Notes: generated by a model from the letters alone, not told the origin. A DNA stretch of 64,000 nt from Octopus vulgaris (GCA_951406725.2 OX597817.1:85560001-85624000), one strand, 5' to 3'. Positions 51,232 through 64,000 are shown, counted from the first letter of the stretch. Made by a program: numbers and translations.

Positions 51232-52186
51232 ACCCAATAGTGCAATTTGGGAGACTGCAGCAGTCTGACTTGCCAGGAAAGAACGCTGTAATGCTGAACA
51301 GGAATACAAATTGCACAAATCAGAGAGCAACAGGAAAAAGCGCAATAGGTCAGCCAACCACCTCAAGCAGGTGACAAAAAAGGCAGTGCTTGAATTTGAA
51401 CAACGCATTGCAGCTAACCCTGACAGCAAAGTGTTCTGGAAGTATGTGCACTCAAAGCAGAGACCCCACTCTCCAGTTGGTCCCCTTCGCAATCCCCACA
51501 CAGGACAGATTACTGGCAATCCCGAAGAATGTGCAGAAATCATTGCTGGATGCTATGCCGGCATCTTTACTGTCGAAGACCAAAATGTTCTATCTTCATC
51601 ACCACTGACATCGAACTCCATATCTATTATGCAATTTACACCAGCAATGCTACAACGCCACCTTAAGAATAAACGCAACTATGCCTCTCCTGGTCTCGAT
51701 GGTGTTACATACCTACTTCTCAAACGCAGTGGGTACTTTCCTCTAAGCCAACTTTCTCTATTCTTCCAATTCTGTCTTGACAATGGTGTTACTCCAGAAC
51801 AGTGGAAAACTGCCAGTGCTATCCCTCTGTTCAAAAAAGGCGACCGCACATCACCTGTCAACTATCGCCCCGTTAGTCTTACTAGCTGCATCGCCAAACT
51901 GATGAAATCCTGTATCAGGGAAACCCTCTGGAACTTCTGGAAGTCTCACAGCCTCATCCAGCCGTCACAATTCGGATTTATTCCTAACTCCAGCTGCTGT
52001 AATCAACTCATCGAGTTTCTTGAGGACATTACCCAAATCACTGATCGCGGATCCTGGGTGGATGTTGTTTACCTGGACTTTGCTAAGGCTTTTAACTCTA
52101 TGCCACACAAAAGACTTATGGTGAAGCTTTCTGTGTTGGGCGTAAGAGACGAACTCATAACCGGTTGAAGTCCTTTATTTTCGGCC
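51232..52186 (+). mobile_element. CR1-clade LINE ORF2 fragment (RT N-terminal domains)
   Basis: ORF 51311..52168: KVFWKYV, SPGLDG, WKTASAIPLFKKGDR, NYRPVSLTS, QFGF, VDVVYLDFAKAF. Confidence 0.9.
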
Positions 52187-52751
52187 AATTTCACCTGGTA
52201 CTTATTTTATTGCCACTGAGAGAATGAAAGCAAAGTCAGCCTCAGCATTTTGCCCAGCATGCTAACAATTCTGCCAGCTCACCACCTTACAAAAACAATC
52301 AATCAATATTAACTTCATCTTTTATCAGTGACCACAAAATATTTTACAGAGAAGTAAATAGTTTCCAAAAGTGCAACAGAAATTGAAGAAAAACTTCTTT
52401 TCTCTATTTTCAAACTGCATGGCACAGATCTGTCATTTAGCTCTCTTATGTCAAAATTTTCTCATAAATTATTCTAGCAGATGGATTTGTTAATGTTCAA
52501 CATCTACCAATAGTTAAAGAGAAAAGGATTTTAAAGATTTCTTTGAAAAACATTTCAAAATTTCTCAGTATTTTCAGCTCAGCTTGAAGTAGGAGAATGG
52601 CCTGAACTCCAGGCCTTTTTAATGGTCTTCCTTTCATCTTTGAAACAGCAAAACTATTCAAACACTCATATACATGATAATACATAATCATCATCATCGT
52701 TGTCATCATCATCATCATCATCTGCAGCAGCATAATAATGATAATACTATT

Positions 52752-52966
52752 AGTTTCAAACTTTGGCACAAGGCCTGCAATTTTGGAAAGAGGGAGTAAG
52801 TCAATTAGATTGACTCCAGTGCTCAGCTGGTACTTATTTTATTGACCCTGAAAGGATGAAAGATGAAGTCGACCTCAGCAGAATTTGAACTCAGAATGTA
52901 AAGATGAATGAAATGCCACTAAGCATTTTGCCTAGTGTGCTCATAATTCTGCCAGTTCACCACCTT
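52752..52966 (-). mobile_element. SINE family A copy
   Basis: ctggtacttattttattgaccctgaaaggatgaaag is the reverse complement of the core. Confidence 0.8.
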
Positions 52967-53054
52967 GATAATAATGATAATATTAATAAACATCACTATT
53001 ACCACCATCTCCACCATTCACTCTCCACTACCTGTTTGCATGCATGTATATGTG

Positions 53055-53109
<55 letters not shown>

Positions 53110-53182
53110 TCACACACATATATGTATAAATATATATATAGATATATATATATATGTGTATGTATGTATGTATACATATATA

Positions 53183-53224
<42 letters not shown>

Positions 53225-53229
53225 AAGGG

Positions 53230-53575
53230 TTTTAGTCAAAGAGGTTGACCCCAGGACATATTCTTCGTAAGCCTAGTATTTATTCCATCAATCTCTTTGC
53301 TGAACCACCAAGCTTTGGGAACATAAACACACAAACATCGGTTGTCAAGCAGTGGATGGAGGGACAAACACAGACACAAAGACACACGCGCATAAATATA
53401 TGTACATATATATATATACACAAGCTTCTTTCAGTCTACCAAATCCACTCACAAGGCTTTGGTCAGCCTGAGGCTATAGAAGAAGACACTTGCCCAAGGT
53501 GCCATGCAGTGGAGTTGAACCTGGAACCAAGTGGTTGGGAGGCAAGCTTTTAGCCACACAGCCACGCCTGCACCT
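53230..53575 (-). mobile_element. SINE family B copy
   Basis: gaagacacttgcccaaggtgcc...ccacacagccacgcctgc is the reverse complement of the head and core. Confidence 0.85.
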
Positions 53576-54332
53576 ATATATATATATTTAATTACTTTTG
53601 TCTAATTTTAAAGATTTTTTTCATGCTAGTATACATTTATTTCCTATATATATATATATATATATACTGTATATGATACTGTGGTCTTGTAAATTGGAAA
53701 CACAAAATAATTGAATATTTAAATCCATTCATGATTTTTGGCCCACTATGTATACACACACACATACTTATATTATCACTATCATCATCATAGTCATTAC
53801 TGTCATCATTATCACTGTTGTTATTGTTGCCACTGTCAAGGTCATCATTGACTGAATGAGTTCTTATATAGAATTACTGCTTTCTTGAATGTTTTGGAAT
53901 CATGTCTCATTCACACATTCTTCATTCAGTATGGTTCCTACAGTTGGTTGTCCTTACAAATTCCAACCACTTTGAAGGGTGTGCTGGGTACATTTTATTG
54001 TGGTACCAGCTTTGGAGAAGTTGCCTTGTCCCCAGCTAGACTAAAGAGGCCACTCTATGCTGCCTCTATTTGTTCTCAGTAACATGACAGAGAGGATAAA
54101 TGGAAGAGAGAAAGATGAAGGGAAGAGTACTATAATGAGAAGATGGCAGAAGAGTGACTGTAATAGGGGGGAAATGGAGTGGTAAGAGAAAATAGGGTGA
54201 TAGCGGTGGTAATAATTGAAGAGAGGCATGGTAGACAGCTACATATTGGTTATTGATAAGGAGAGTGATGAGAAAAACTGCGTAATTGACATAAAAGATG
54301 AAGAATGTTAGGAGACAGCATGATAGGAGAGG

Positions 54333-54592
54333 AAATATTTCTATGCTAATATGCTGAGAAAAGACTTTAAATCGTCAATCACCACATTACAATATACATT
54401 CACTATAAATACATGTCGTGCTGAAATCGAGGAAGGAAAGCCAACAGAATTTTTTTCTAAATTCATTTTAAAAACTCCTGTTGGCTTCTCTTCCTCGATT
54501 TCAGCACAACATGTATTTACAGTGAATGTATATTGTAATGTGGTGATTGACGATTTAAAGTCTTTTCTCAGCATATTGGCATAGAAATATTT
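54333..54592. repeat. Near-perfect fold-back palindrome (260 bp)
   Basis: Arms of about 115-125 bp with few mismatches; yields mirror ORFs 54341..54574 (-) and 54351..54584 (+). Confidence 0.95.
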
Positions 54593-54888
54593 TTTCTTTT
54601 GCCCTTGTTTTTAAATTGTTTATATATGTATATGTATATATAAAAATACAGTGTACATTCAAACACCAAAGAGATACCCAAAGAATAGGATATCTGACTC
54701 ACTAGAAAGAGCAGTTCAACTCTAAGCCACTAATTGTTGTAATTCTGAAAGTGATTGAAAAATAAAAACTTTTACCTTTTAATTAAATATATATATATAT
54801 TTGTATAGTAAATTCAAATAAAGAAGAACAAACATGAAAAAACAACAATGCAAGGACATGGTACATGTAATGCATTAGCAGATGCTCA

Positions 54889-55985
54889 GGAAAGTGACAA
54901 AAGAGCATATTCAGCATATTTTGCTTATGTGTTCAGTAAAGACAACAACACAATGGAAAGTGTGAGGAATATTAATGTAGTATATGGGGATCAGACAATA
55001 AGTTTAAGCAAGTATCAACAGTAATTCCAGAAATTCCGAGCCAAAAACAAGTGCCTAGAAGATGAGCCTCCTCCTGGAAGATCTGTAGAGCTTGACAAGG
55101 ATGTCCTGCAAACCCTGGTGGAACAAAATGCCATCATAACTGTTAAGGAACTAGCAGAGAAGTGTGGATTTGGTCATTCAATCATTCATCGATACCTGTA
55201 TACCATCAGAAAAGTCAACAAATTGGGTCAATGGGTTCCTCGCAAACTTTCCAAGTCTAATCGCATGCAGAGAGTGAATGTGTGCTCTTCTTTGTTGTCA
55301 CATCTTACGAATGAACCTCTTTTGGACTGAATAGTGACTGCTGATGAGAAATGGATTCTTTATAAAAATGTCAAGTGCCGAAGACAGTGGGCAGGGAAAG
55401 GAGAAACACTGGCAATCCAGGTTAAAGAATGTCTTTACCCATGTAAGGTACTGTTTTTTGTTTGGGGCATATGAAAATTTAGTCCACTTTGAACTCTTAA
55501 ATCCAAACCAAACAATAACAGAGGAGATCTACTGCAAGCAGCTTGAGGAGCTTAAGTTAGTACTTAAAGAAAAACAACCATCTTTGGTTTCAAGATGAAA
55601 GGTGTTCTTCCATCAAGATAATGCTCAGCCTCATACAGTGAGGATGACATTCCAAAGGCTGGAGCAGTTTGAATGGGAAATGATGCCCTTCCCACTACAT
55701 TCGCTGGACATTGCCCCATCTGATTATCATTTATTATGCAGTCTTTGAAATCATTTTAATGGAATAAATATGAATTCTGTAGACGAGGTCAGAACAGTAC
55801 TGAAGGCATATTTTTGGTCACGGACAAATCAATTTTGGACAAGGGCCTTGCAAGTCTACCAGATAGATGAAAGAGCATTGTAGAAAATGAAGGAGAGTAT
55901 ATTTTAGATTAAAAAAGAACTTTGTCTTAATTTTGAAAAATAAAAGAAGTATAAAAAACCACATTATTTATGGGATGACCCAATA
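54889..55985 (+). mobile_element. Decayed mariner (D,D34D-type) transposon, left end missing
   Basis: HTH region, WVPRKL, IVTADEKWILY, HQDNAQPH, SLDIAPSDYHL with stops and frameshifts; right terminus ttatgggatgacccaata. Confidence 0.9.
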
Positions 55986-55997
55986 TATATATATATT

Positions 55998-56094
55998 AAT
56001 ATTTAGTGAAAGCAACAGAGTGACTCAAGGTCAATGAATACCAACACACTAAATTCTCAGACCTTGAGTCATTCTGTTGCTTCTACTAAATATT
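55998..56094. repeat. Inverted repeat with 35-bp arms
   Basis: aatatttagtgaaagcaacagagtgactcaaggtc / gaccttgagtcattctgttgcttctactaaatatt. Confidence 0.85.
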
Positions 56095-56214
56095 CAAAAT
56101 ATACATAAATTCATATTTTGAGCTCTATTTTTCCTGTTTGCATCACCATACCTGTGTGTGTATATATATGTATATATATATAAACACACATGTATATACA
56201 TGTATATGTGTATG

Positions 56215-56274
<60 letters not shown>

Positions 56275-56335
56275 TATATACATATATATACATATATATA
56301 TACACACACACACAAGCACATATAGTATATGTGTG

Positions 56336-56381
<46 letters not shown>

Positions 56382-56656
56382 AACTTAACAATTTTACCCT
56401 CATCAGATAAGCTTATTATGTATCTGAGTCAAGCTCTGCCTATATTACACACTTTCACTATACTCGTAGTTGACTACTCTTTTTGTTGTACCTAGGGAGA
56501 GTCATTATGCCAATATTATTAACACATGCACAGGTTCAGTTCTTTGTTTTTGACTATGATTCTTCATTTATCACACAGATACACACACATACACACACAG
56601 ACGTGCATATAATTATGTGTATGTGTTTGTGGGGAAAGGATGTCTATAGATATATA

Positions 56657-57040
56657 GGTGGAGGTGCAATGGCCCAGTGGTTAGGGCAGCGGACTCGCGG
56701 TCGTAGGATCGCAGTTTCGATTCCCAGACCGGGCGTTGTGAGTGTTTATTGAGCGAAAACACCTAAAGCTCCACGAGGCTCCGGCAGGGATGGTGGTGAT
56801 CCCTGCTGTACTCTTTCACCACAACTTTCTCTCTCTCTTACTTCCTGTTTCTATTGTATCTGTATTTCAAAGGGCCGTCCTTGTCACTCTCTGTGTCACG
56901 CTAAATATCCCGGAGAACTACGTTAAGGGTACACGTGTCTGTGGAGTGCTCAGCCACTTACACGTTAATTTCACGAGCAGGCTGTTCCGTTGATCGGATC
57001 AACCGGAACCCTCATCGTCATAACCGACGGAGTGCTTCCA
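56657..57040 (+). mobile_element. Young tRNA-derived SINE family C (CpG-rich)
   Basis: TGGCCCAGTGG A-box, GTTTCGATTCC B-box, intact CpGs; a related head lies on the minus strand at ~58940-59090. Confidence 0.85.
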
Positions 57041-57980
57041 TTCCATTCCAGATATATATATATATATATATATATATATGGAATATGCATATGATGCATA
57101 CATTTGTGTCTGCACCAGTCTTTCTCCTCGTCAGTTTATTTAGTTGAAATTTGTGTTTGATTATTTGTTTTGGGGCGTTTTTTCTTGACCATATTCTTGG
57201 CATCCTCTCTTTCCTGCTATACCATTAATGTTCAACATTCTTGAGTAAGCTCTTCAAGAAACAAACATAACAAAGATTTGCCTTTCCCTCTTTGTCTGTC
57301 TTTCAAGGTATTGATCATTCATTGCTATATATCATATATATCAATTATATTGAATATTTCTGAATTTCTTTCTTTTCGCTTTTTTTATGACTAGTATCAC
57401 CTGCACTTCTACACAGTCTTATATCTTATAGCTTTTGGGTTTTGGAGGGGTTTTTTTCCATTTCTTACATTTAATTCACCTATATCGTATTTTTTATATC
57501 CATTTCCTCTGTCCTTCATTATTCATACCCAACTGTCTCTCCCCCTTTACCTGGTCACTTCTACTTCAATATCTTGTCATGTCTGTTATATCACTAATAT
57601 CTCACACTTATCTCTAATATCACCATCACTTCTCCTTCTATCATTTTATATGTCAAATATGTACTTTATCTCTGATATCTCACTCACTAATAACTGATTT
57701 CTTGCCTATGTATTTATTGTAGTAGTAGTAGTAGTAGTAGTATAGATTTTGCTGTAACAATTTAGAGATATGTGATTTGGATGGTTTGCAATAACGTATT
57801 AAGCCCACATTATTGTAAATACAATAAAATTTATCGTTATATAGCCACATGTTAGCAATAACCAAGCAGTCTAATTATGATCAAAGGCATACCAGTTATG
57901 ACAATGCAATGTTTCATTCAATCAGTGTATCTAAGTCTACATCATCATCATCATCATCATCATCATCGTTATTATTATTA

Positions 57981-58350
57981 AGGCAACGAACTGGCAGAAT
58001 CATTAGCATGCCAGACAAAATGCTTAGTGGCATTAAGTTCCACTGAGGTTGATTTTGCCTTTCTTCTTTTGGTGGGTGATCAATGAAATAAGTATTAGTC
58101 AAGCATTAGGGCATGAACGTGATGAACTAGAACCCCTCCTCAAAAATTTCAGGCTTTGTGCCTATAATACAAAGAATTATTATTTGTTGTTGTTGTTGTT
58201 GTCGTCGTCGTCAGCATCTTCGGCGTCGGCGTCCTCCTCCTCCTCCTTTCTGAGTCGATAAATTAAGTACCAGTGAAACACTTGGGACGATCTAATCAAC
58301 TAGTCCCTTCTCCCCGAATTTCAGGCCTTATCCCTTTAGTAGAAAGGATT
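57981..58350 (+). mobile_element. SINE family A copy plus a second partial copy
   Basis: aggcaacgaactggcagaa head; gtcgataaattaagtaccag core at ~58255. Confidence 0.7.
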
Positions 58351-58374
58351 ATTATTATTATTATTATTATTATT

Positions 58375-58934
58375 GAGTGAGTGAGAGAGCAGTGCATGCC
58401 ATCAAAGTGACACTGGGGTAAAATATACGAAGCCTAGTATACCCATCAGGACTACCCATCTGATAAGGGTACACCTGGCACATGTATCACAACCAAATGC
58501 GTGCGACATGGTGATCTCATATCAAGATAAACAGTGCATGACCTTGCAGGTGGGGCCCAGTTAGAATTTTCTTCTGGTTGAGTTGCCCATCCTGCTCAAA
58601 AGGTCCCTGAATAAGGATTGTTTAAGGATGTTGAACAAACCACCCATGTTTCCAAAGGTGAATTATCCAAACCTCCAAGAATTCCTTTCAAGACACAGCT
58701 ATAATGCTCCCCCACTACTTCTGCTCGTGGTCAGAGATGCACATATCGTCAGCCACTAAAGGACATGGTCAACTGGTTAAGGTCAAACAACTGTCAAGCA
58801 AATCTGTGGTATTGACCAGCCTATTTGCTGTAGCCCATCTTTTATACCAAAACAAAACAATGTACATGATAACACTTCCAATCAGTTAAGATCAGAAGCC
58901 ATGAAAGCCACTGTCTGGTACTGCATCAGGGCAT
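58375..58934 (-). mobile_element. (AAT)n-embedded non-coding element, full copy
   Basis: Reverse complement of 30588-31143. Confidence 0.85.
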
Positions 58935-58939
58935 TATTA

Positions 58940-59090
58940 GTCAGCAGAAGTTTGCCATTACCTTCTGCCGGAGTTGCGTGAAGCTTAGGTGTTTTGCTCA
59001 TAAACACACACATCGCCCGATCTGAGATTTGAACCTGTGATCCCTCGACCACGAGTCTGCTGCTCTAACCACTTGGCTATGTGCCTCCAC
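58940..59090 (-). mobile_element. SINE family C 5' portion
   Basis: Minus strand gtggaggcacatagccaagtggttagagcagcagactc...ggttcaaatctc. Confidence 0.75.
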
Positions 59091-59104
59091 TTTATTATTA
59101 TTAT

Positions 59105-59375
59105 TATTATTGATAATTAAGCAGTCGTATTTTTATCACATGCTTTCACTGCACTACCGAGCACTACTCTGTGTGCTTTGGGTATGTGCTATGGTTTGTT
59201 GTGGTGCTTTTATTTTCATTGTATTTAAAGTGCTTTATATAGGATGTGCACAGTGCCTAGTAGTGCTATTTTCTGTATGTTATATATATTCAAAAGTCCT
59301 GGTTATTTGATTATGTATTTGTCTGAATGTTTTTTTATCATACCTAATCCACCTATTATTATAGGGATTGTTTTA
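59105..59375 (-). mobile_element. R4/Dong-type 3' fragment
   Basis: TIPIIIGGLGMIKK...IQKIALLGTVHIL, then 3' UTR and (AAT)n. Confidence 0.75.
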
Positions 59376-59410
59376 GTCATCATTATTATTCTTATTCTTC
59401 TTATTATTAT

Positions 59411-60240
59411 TTACTTTTAATCTGCATGTTTGTTACAATCACTTGCCTAGACACACACATCGTCCTAGGGTGAGTGAAGAATAAGAGATGTTACAGCATG
59501 ACTGTAAGGTTGAGGAGGGGAAGTGACAGGGGCAGTTGCGAAATATCTTCATGTAATACAACACAGACATTTATATTGATAGGGTTTTTCTAAGGATGTA
59601 GGCAGTACTTGACAGCACAATCTTTTGGATTTATCTGAGACATGGTTCTCCTGGGATATTATCTAGATGTTTTTGACATCCTTTTCTTACCATTCCTAAG
59701 GCACCCACAATAACAGGAACAGTTCTCTCTTTAAGATGTCACATTTTTTATATTTCAATTTCCAGGTCCTTATATTTACTTAATTTGTCAAATTCCTTTA
59801 CAGATATATGTTTATTAGAGGGATCACTGACATCTATTAGTCTACAAGTATTCCCTTTCCTGTCTTTAATGACTATGTCTGGTTGATTAACCTTGATCGT
59901 TCTGTCAGTGTTGACTGGAAAATCCCAGAGGATATTGACATTACTTTCAATGATTGGCTCAGGAGGATGTTCATACCAGTAAGCAGGGGTTCTGATTTTG
60001 TAGTGTTTACATATTTTCCAATGTAAATATTGTCCTACTCCATTGTGGCGATTTTTGTATTTGCTTGGTGTCAGTACAAGACATTCTGAGATGAGATGGT
60101 CTATTGTCTTGTCAAATGTATCACAGAATCTGCATTTAGGGTCAGAACCATTTTGAAGAACATTAGCCTAGTAATTTTTGGTAAGCAAGCTTTGGTCTTG
60201 TGCTGCTAATATGAAACCTTCTGTCTCTGCTTTCAGTCCT
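59411..60240 (-). mobile_element. R4/Dong-clade retrotransposon: CCHC, RLE and 3' UTR
   Basis: ETEGFILAAQDQ, CRFC...IDHLISEC, RHN, ILWDF, NQPDIV...LIDVS, KLSKYKDL, VPVIVGALG; ends in (TAA)n. Confidence 0.9.
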
Positions 60241-61235
60241 GGATAGACTACATGAAAGCATTTGATAGTGTCCCACCTAATTGGCTACTCAAGGCCCTTG
60301 AGGTATATAAGATCTCTCCTGTCATCTCCAAATTCTTACAAGGTAGCATGGCCAAGTGGAATACATGTCTCCTACACCATATTAATGGGATGAACCAATC
60401 TAACATCAACATCAAATGAGACATCTTTCAAGGTGACTCCTCCCCATTACTCTTTTGCATGGCACTGATCCCACTCTCAAACAAACTGTGTAACACTAGG
60501 TATGATTTCAAAGTGTATAATATTATAGTAAACCATCTCTTTTATATGGAAGATCTGAAGCTGTTTTCTAGAAATGATGAAGTGCTAGTAGAGCTGTTAA
60601 CAGCTGTTAAAGGGTTCAGCAACAACATCAGAATGGATTTTGGCCTTGATAAGTGTATAAAGCAACTTTTGTTAGAGGAATGCTCAAGCAAACAGCTTTC
60701 ATTAAATTAGATACTGACATTACCATCAAGGAGCTTGCTCCCCAAGAAAGCTATAAATACCTGGGGATAAACAAAGGAGATGGTATACAACATGCTGCTA
60801 CGAAGGAAAACTAAGGAAGGAGTATTACAGGAGAGTAAGATTCATACTAAAAACTGACCTCAACTCCAAAAATTGCATCAAAGCCATTAACACCCTGGCA
60901 CTTTCAGTAGTCCAATACAGTTTTAACATCATTAACTGGAATCTTACAGAGCTCCAACACCTGAATGAGAAGACAAGAAAGCTACTAACATCTAAGAATA
61001 TGCCCAAAAGCAGAGGATCATCTGTACTTACTTAAACATAACAGCAGAAGAGGAATGATGCAGGTAGAACTGTGCTATAAGACCTCCACAACAACAATGA
61101 ATAAATACTTACCTAGTACAGAGGACTGGATGCTGCAGCTTGTATGCAAACATGAAAGTAACAAAAAATCACATTCTATTGTCAAGGAAGCTTGCAAATT
61201 GGCAAGGAAACTCAGCATTAACCTTGAATTACTGT
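60238..61235 (+). mobile_element. R4/Dong-clade RT segment, inverted relative to its own RLE segment
   Basis: WIDYMKAFDSVP, IFQGDS.PLLFCMALIPLS, NHLFYMEDLKLF, MDFGLDKC, YKYLGI. Confidence 0.85.
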
Positions 61236-62145
61236 TGTTGTAATCCTACACTTTTAAAAGAAGCAGACAGTTATTTTAACGAAATTTAGTTGCTATTTCT
61301 CATAGATAAAGAGACCATATTGAGCTTATCTGAAATGACAGTTTTTACTGGCCTTTATCATTGTTTCAAGTAAAATCATCTCATCTTTTATTTTGAGATT
61401 AGCTGCTTTAATATTTAAGAGTTAATCTAATGTTTTAAGAGTTAAAACTTGTGGCTTTCATTCTGAAAATAATAAAGAGGTTTCTGAGACAAGCTTAGCA
61501 GATAAATAGAGCAGAAGTAATCAGCTACATAGACATTTCCTAATACACTTGTACCCAGGTATATTGTTCTGCAGTGGGGATATTGTAAGCTAGGATGTTG
61601 TGTTGATATATGCTCTGTTGATATAGAGTAATGTGTTATTGTAGTACATGTGCCTGGATTATTGATGTCTATTATAACATATGTGTTGTGTTGTATGTTG
61701 ATATGAGTGCTGTGTTGATATAATGTGTGCTTACAATGCATTCTTACTGTACGTTAATGTGATCTATTGATACATTATGTTGTATGCCATTACGTTGATA
61801 AAATATTAAACATAGTTCTAAGCTAGTTATTAGTTCATGGCACTTAGCTGGTTTAAGAGCATCCTTTAAAAATATCAATTTGGTGTGTTTGAAAACAGTC
61901 AGTAGTATTTATAGCATTGATTTTATTAGTGCTTCAAATATATACTGCCAAAAGCCAACCACCGGTAGAATGTAAAATACCCAATAAAGAACCAGCAGTA
62001 AGTTGTTAGCTATAAAAAATCAATAACTTTATCTAGATCCATTTGACCAACAATTTAAATGCATAACAACACAAACCTATTTGTTATTACCCCAATAGAT
62101 ATAGCTTTATTCTTCAATGATTATCAATATTCTTAATAGATAAAA

Positions 62146-62177
<32 letters not shown>

Positions 62178-62234
62178 GGTGGTGGTGGTGGCAGCGGCAG
62201 CAGTGATGGTGATGGTGGTGGTAGTGGTGGTGAT

Positions 62235-62505
62235 TTCAAATTTTGACACAAGGTCAGCAATTTTAGTGGTTGGGTGGATGGGTGGGTAGGGGGTAGCCAA
62301 TTGCATCAACCCCTATACTTGACTGGTACTTTATTTTATTAATCCTGAGAGGATGAAAGACAAAATTAACCTTGGCAGAATTTGAACTCCTTATTTTATC
62401 AACCCCCAAGACAATGGAGAGCAAAGTTGATCTCTGCAGGGTTTGAACTTAAAATGTAAATACCTCTGGAAGTGATGCCTCTAAGCATTTTGTCCAGTGT
62501 GCTAA
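62235..62505 (-). mobile_element. SINE family A copy with duplicated core
   Basis: actggtacttt.attttatt...ggatgaaag...gaatttgaactc-type block occurs twice. Confidence 0.65.
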
Positions 62506-62547
62506 TATAATAATAATAATAATAGTAATAGTAATAATAATAATAAT

Positions 62548-62597
<50 letters not shown>

Positions 62598-62696
62598 TAA
62601 CAACAACACAATGCTACGCACACCTCAGCAACACAGAGGTGTAGCAGATGATGCAGTAGAAATATGCCTGGAACTATCAGATGTTGAATAATAACA

Positions 62697-62739
<43 letters not shown>

Positions 62740-62741
<2 letters not shown>

Positions 62742-63197
62742 GCCCTGATGCAGTACCAAGCAGTGGCTCTCGTGGCTTTTGATCTTAACTGATTGGAAGT
62801 GTTATCATGTACATATTTTGTATTGGTATAAAAGATAGGCTACAGCAAATATTCTACTCAATACAATATGAGCAGAAGTAGTGGGGAAGCATCATAGCCA
62901 TGTGCTGAATTCTTTGGAGTTTAAATAATTCACCTCTGGAAACATTGGTGTTTCATTCCTTAAACAAACCTTATTCAGGAATCTTTTGAATGGAATGGGC
63001 TACTTGATTTGAAGAAAATTCTAACTGGTCCCCACCTGCATGCTCATGCACTGTTTATCTTGATATGAGATCACCATGTCGCACACATATGGTAGTGATG
63101 GTCTACCCTTATCAGACAGGTAGTCATGACGGATATATTGAGCTTCATATATTTGTACCCCAGTGTCACTTTGATGGCATGTGCTGCTCCCTCACTC
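62740..63197 (+). mobile_element. (AAT)n-embedded non-coding element, copy with internal deletion
   Basis: Same ends as 30588-31143. Confidence 0.85.
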
Positions 63198-63204
63198 AAT
63201 AATA

Positions 63205-63291
63205 ATAACAACCACAACTGAAGTTGCTGGAAAACACAAGTGGGACTGGTTGAAGAAAGGAACACTGAAGAAAGAGACTGAGAACACTATT
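63205..63291 (+). mobile_element. Short R4/Dong coding fragment
   Basis: WDWLKKGTLKKETENTI, the motif preceding ETEGxIxAAQ. Confidence 0.55.
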
Positions 63292-64000
63292 GTCCGTCCC
63301 ACCACTCATCCTGAACAGTTGAGCAAAGTGCTGCTGAAAGGCTGCACACATCTGCTTCGGTTCGGAAATCTTGCGCCCGTTCTGGTCCACCAAAGACGAA
63401 ATGGTCGACCTGTTGCCACGCTTTACCTCCACCACACAGGCCCATCGAGCAGCCTTAGTCCCCTCCCCACTTACTGAACATGCCTTAACTCTGACAACAC
63501 AGCCTTCATGTTTGGCATCAAAGTGTTGTTTGAGAGCCAACCTGGCTGCCAACACGCCAGTTGCAATGCCTGTCCTAAGAGTCTCATCTAGTTTTTTAAC
63601 TAAATTCCGCTGTTTTCTTTCATTCTACAGCTAGAGCCTTACTAAACCTAATCGATTCTGCTCTAATTGCCCTCTTGAGAGTAAACCTCCAGTTGTTATT
63701 AACAATTGCCCCCACCAATGCCCGCTTAACTAATAAACTCATCCGGTCTCTATAAGCTTTGCACACCGTTAACAATGTCATTTAACTTCCAGTAACTGGG
63801 ACCCTGTCTATGGAGCCTATCTAAGTTGACCATACAGGTAATGAATTTGTGGTCTGAGTAGCCAACTATGTGGAATTGTGGACATCCTATGCTGTCCTTA
63901 TCTGCTGGCCTACAGAAGACTCTTTCTAAGTACAATCTACACGACCCAATGCAATTAGTCCAAGTCCACATTGGCACATTCAGGTTGTCTAGTCGATACC
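63292..64000 (-). mobile_element. Tx1/L1-type LINE fragment (APE endonuclease C-terminus and linker)
   Basis: WTWTN...YLERV...SDHKF...GPSYWKLN, then KHEGCVVR..LVDQNG; runs off the window end. Confidence 0.75.

Noticed and set aside
54545-54595. TTGACGA...GAAAT at the palindrome end as a decayed hammerhead
   Set aside because: No convincing stem I or stem II.
56657-56735. Possible tRNA gene
   Set aside because: A and B boxes are present but there is no proper acceptor stem, and it continues into a SINE body; the same applies to 44865-44940.

Overview
AT-rich, microsatellite-dense eukaryotic DNA, made almost entirely of transposable-element debris. The tRNA-headed SINE families and overall composition are most consistent with a cephalopod (Octopus-like) intronic or intergenic region; this is an inference, since no database was searched. 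No intact host gene is visible, only one good internal-exon candidate (45140-45235, +). Most listed ORFs are microsatellite or SINE artefacts. Recognisable elements: SINEs of several families, RTE, CR1, Tx1/L1, Penelope-like, R4/Dong, HERO and possibly CRE retroelement fragments, two mariner remnants, hAT/Tc2/piggyBac-type MITEs, a likely non-autonomous Helitron, and many fold-back palindromes. The most interesting signal is a set of hammerhead-ribozyme (HHR) motifs in four different retroelement contexts: (1) a complete HHR core in a non-circularly permuted, pseudoknotted strand order in the 3' UTR of a HERO-type retrotransposon (42889-43000, -); (2) a very young 559-nt tandem-plus-inverted non-coding unit with one minimal type I HHR per copy, resembling a retrozyme (34615-36149); (3) a tRNA-headed SINE with a decayed HHR in its tail, abutting the HERO 5' end (44672-44944, -); (4) a palindrome of two HHR-bearing arms (39744-39962). 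All structures were paired by eye and activity is untested. Boundaries of old repeats are approximate.
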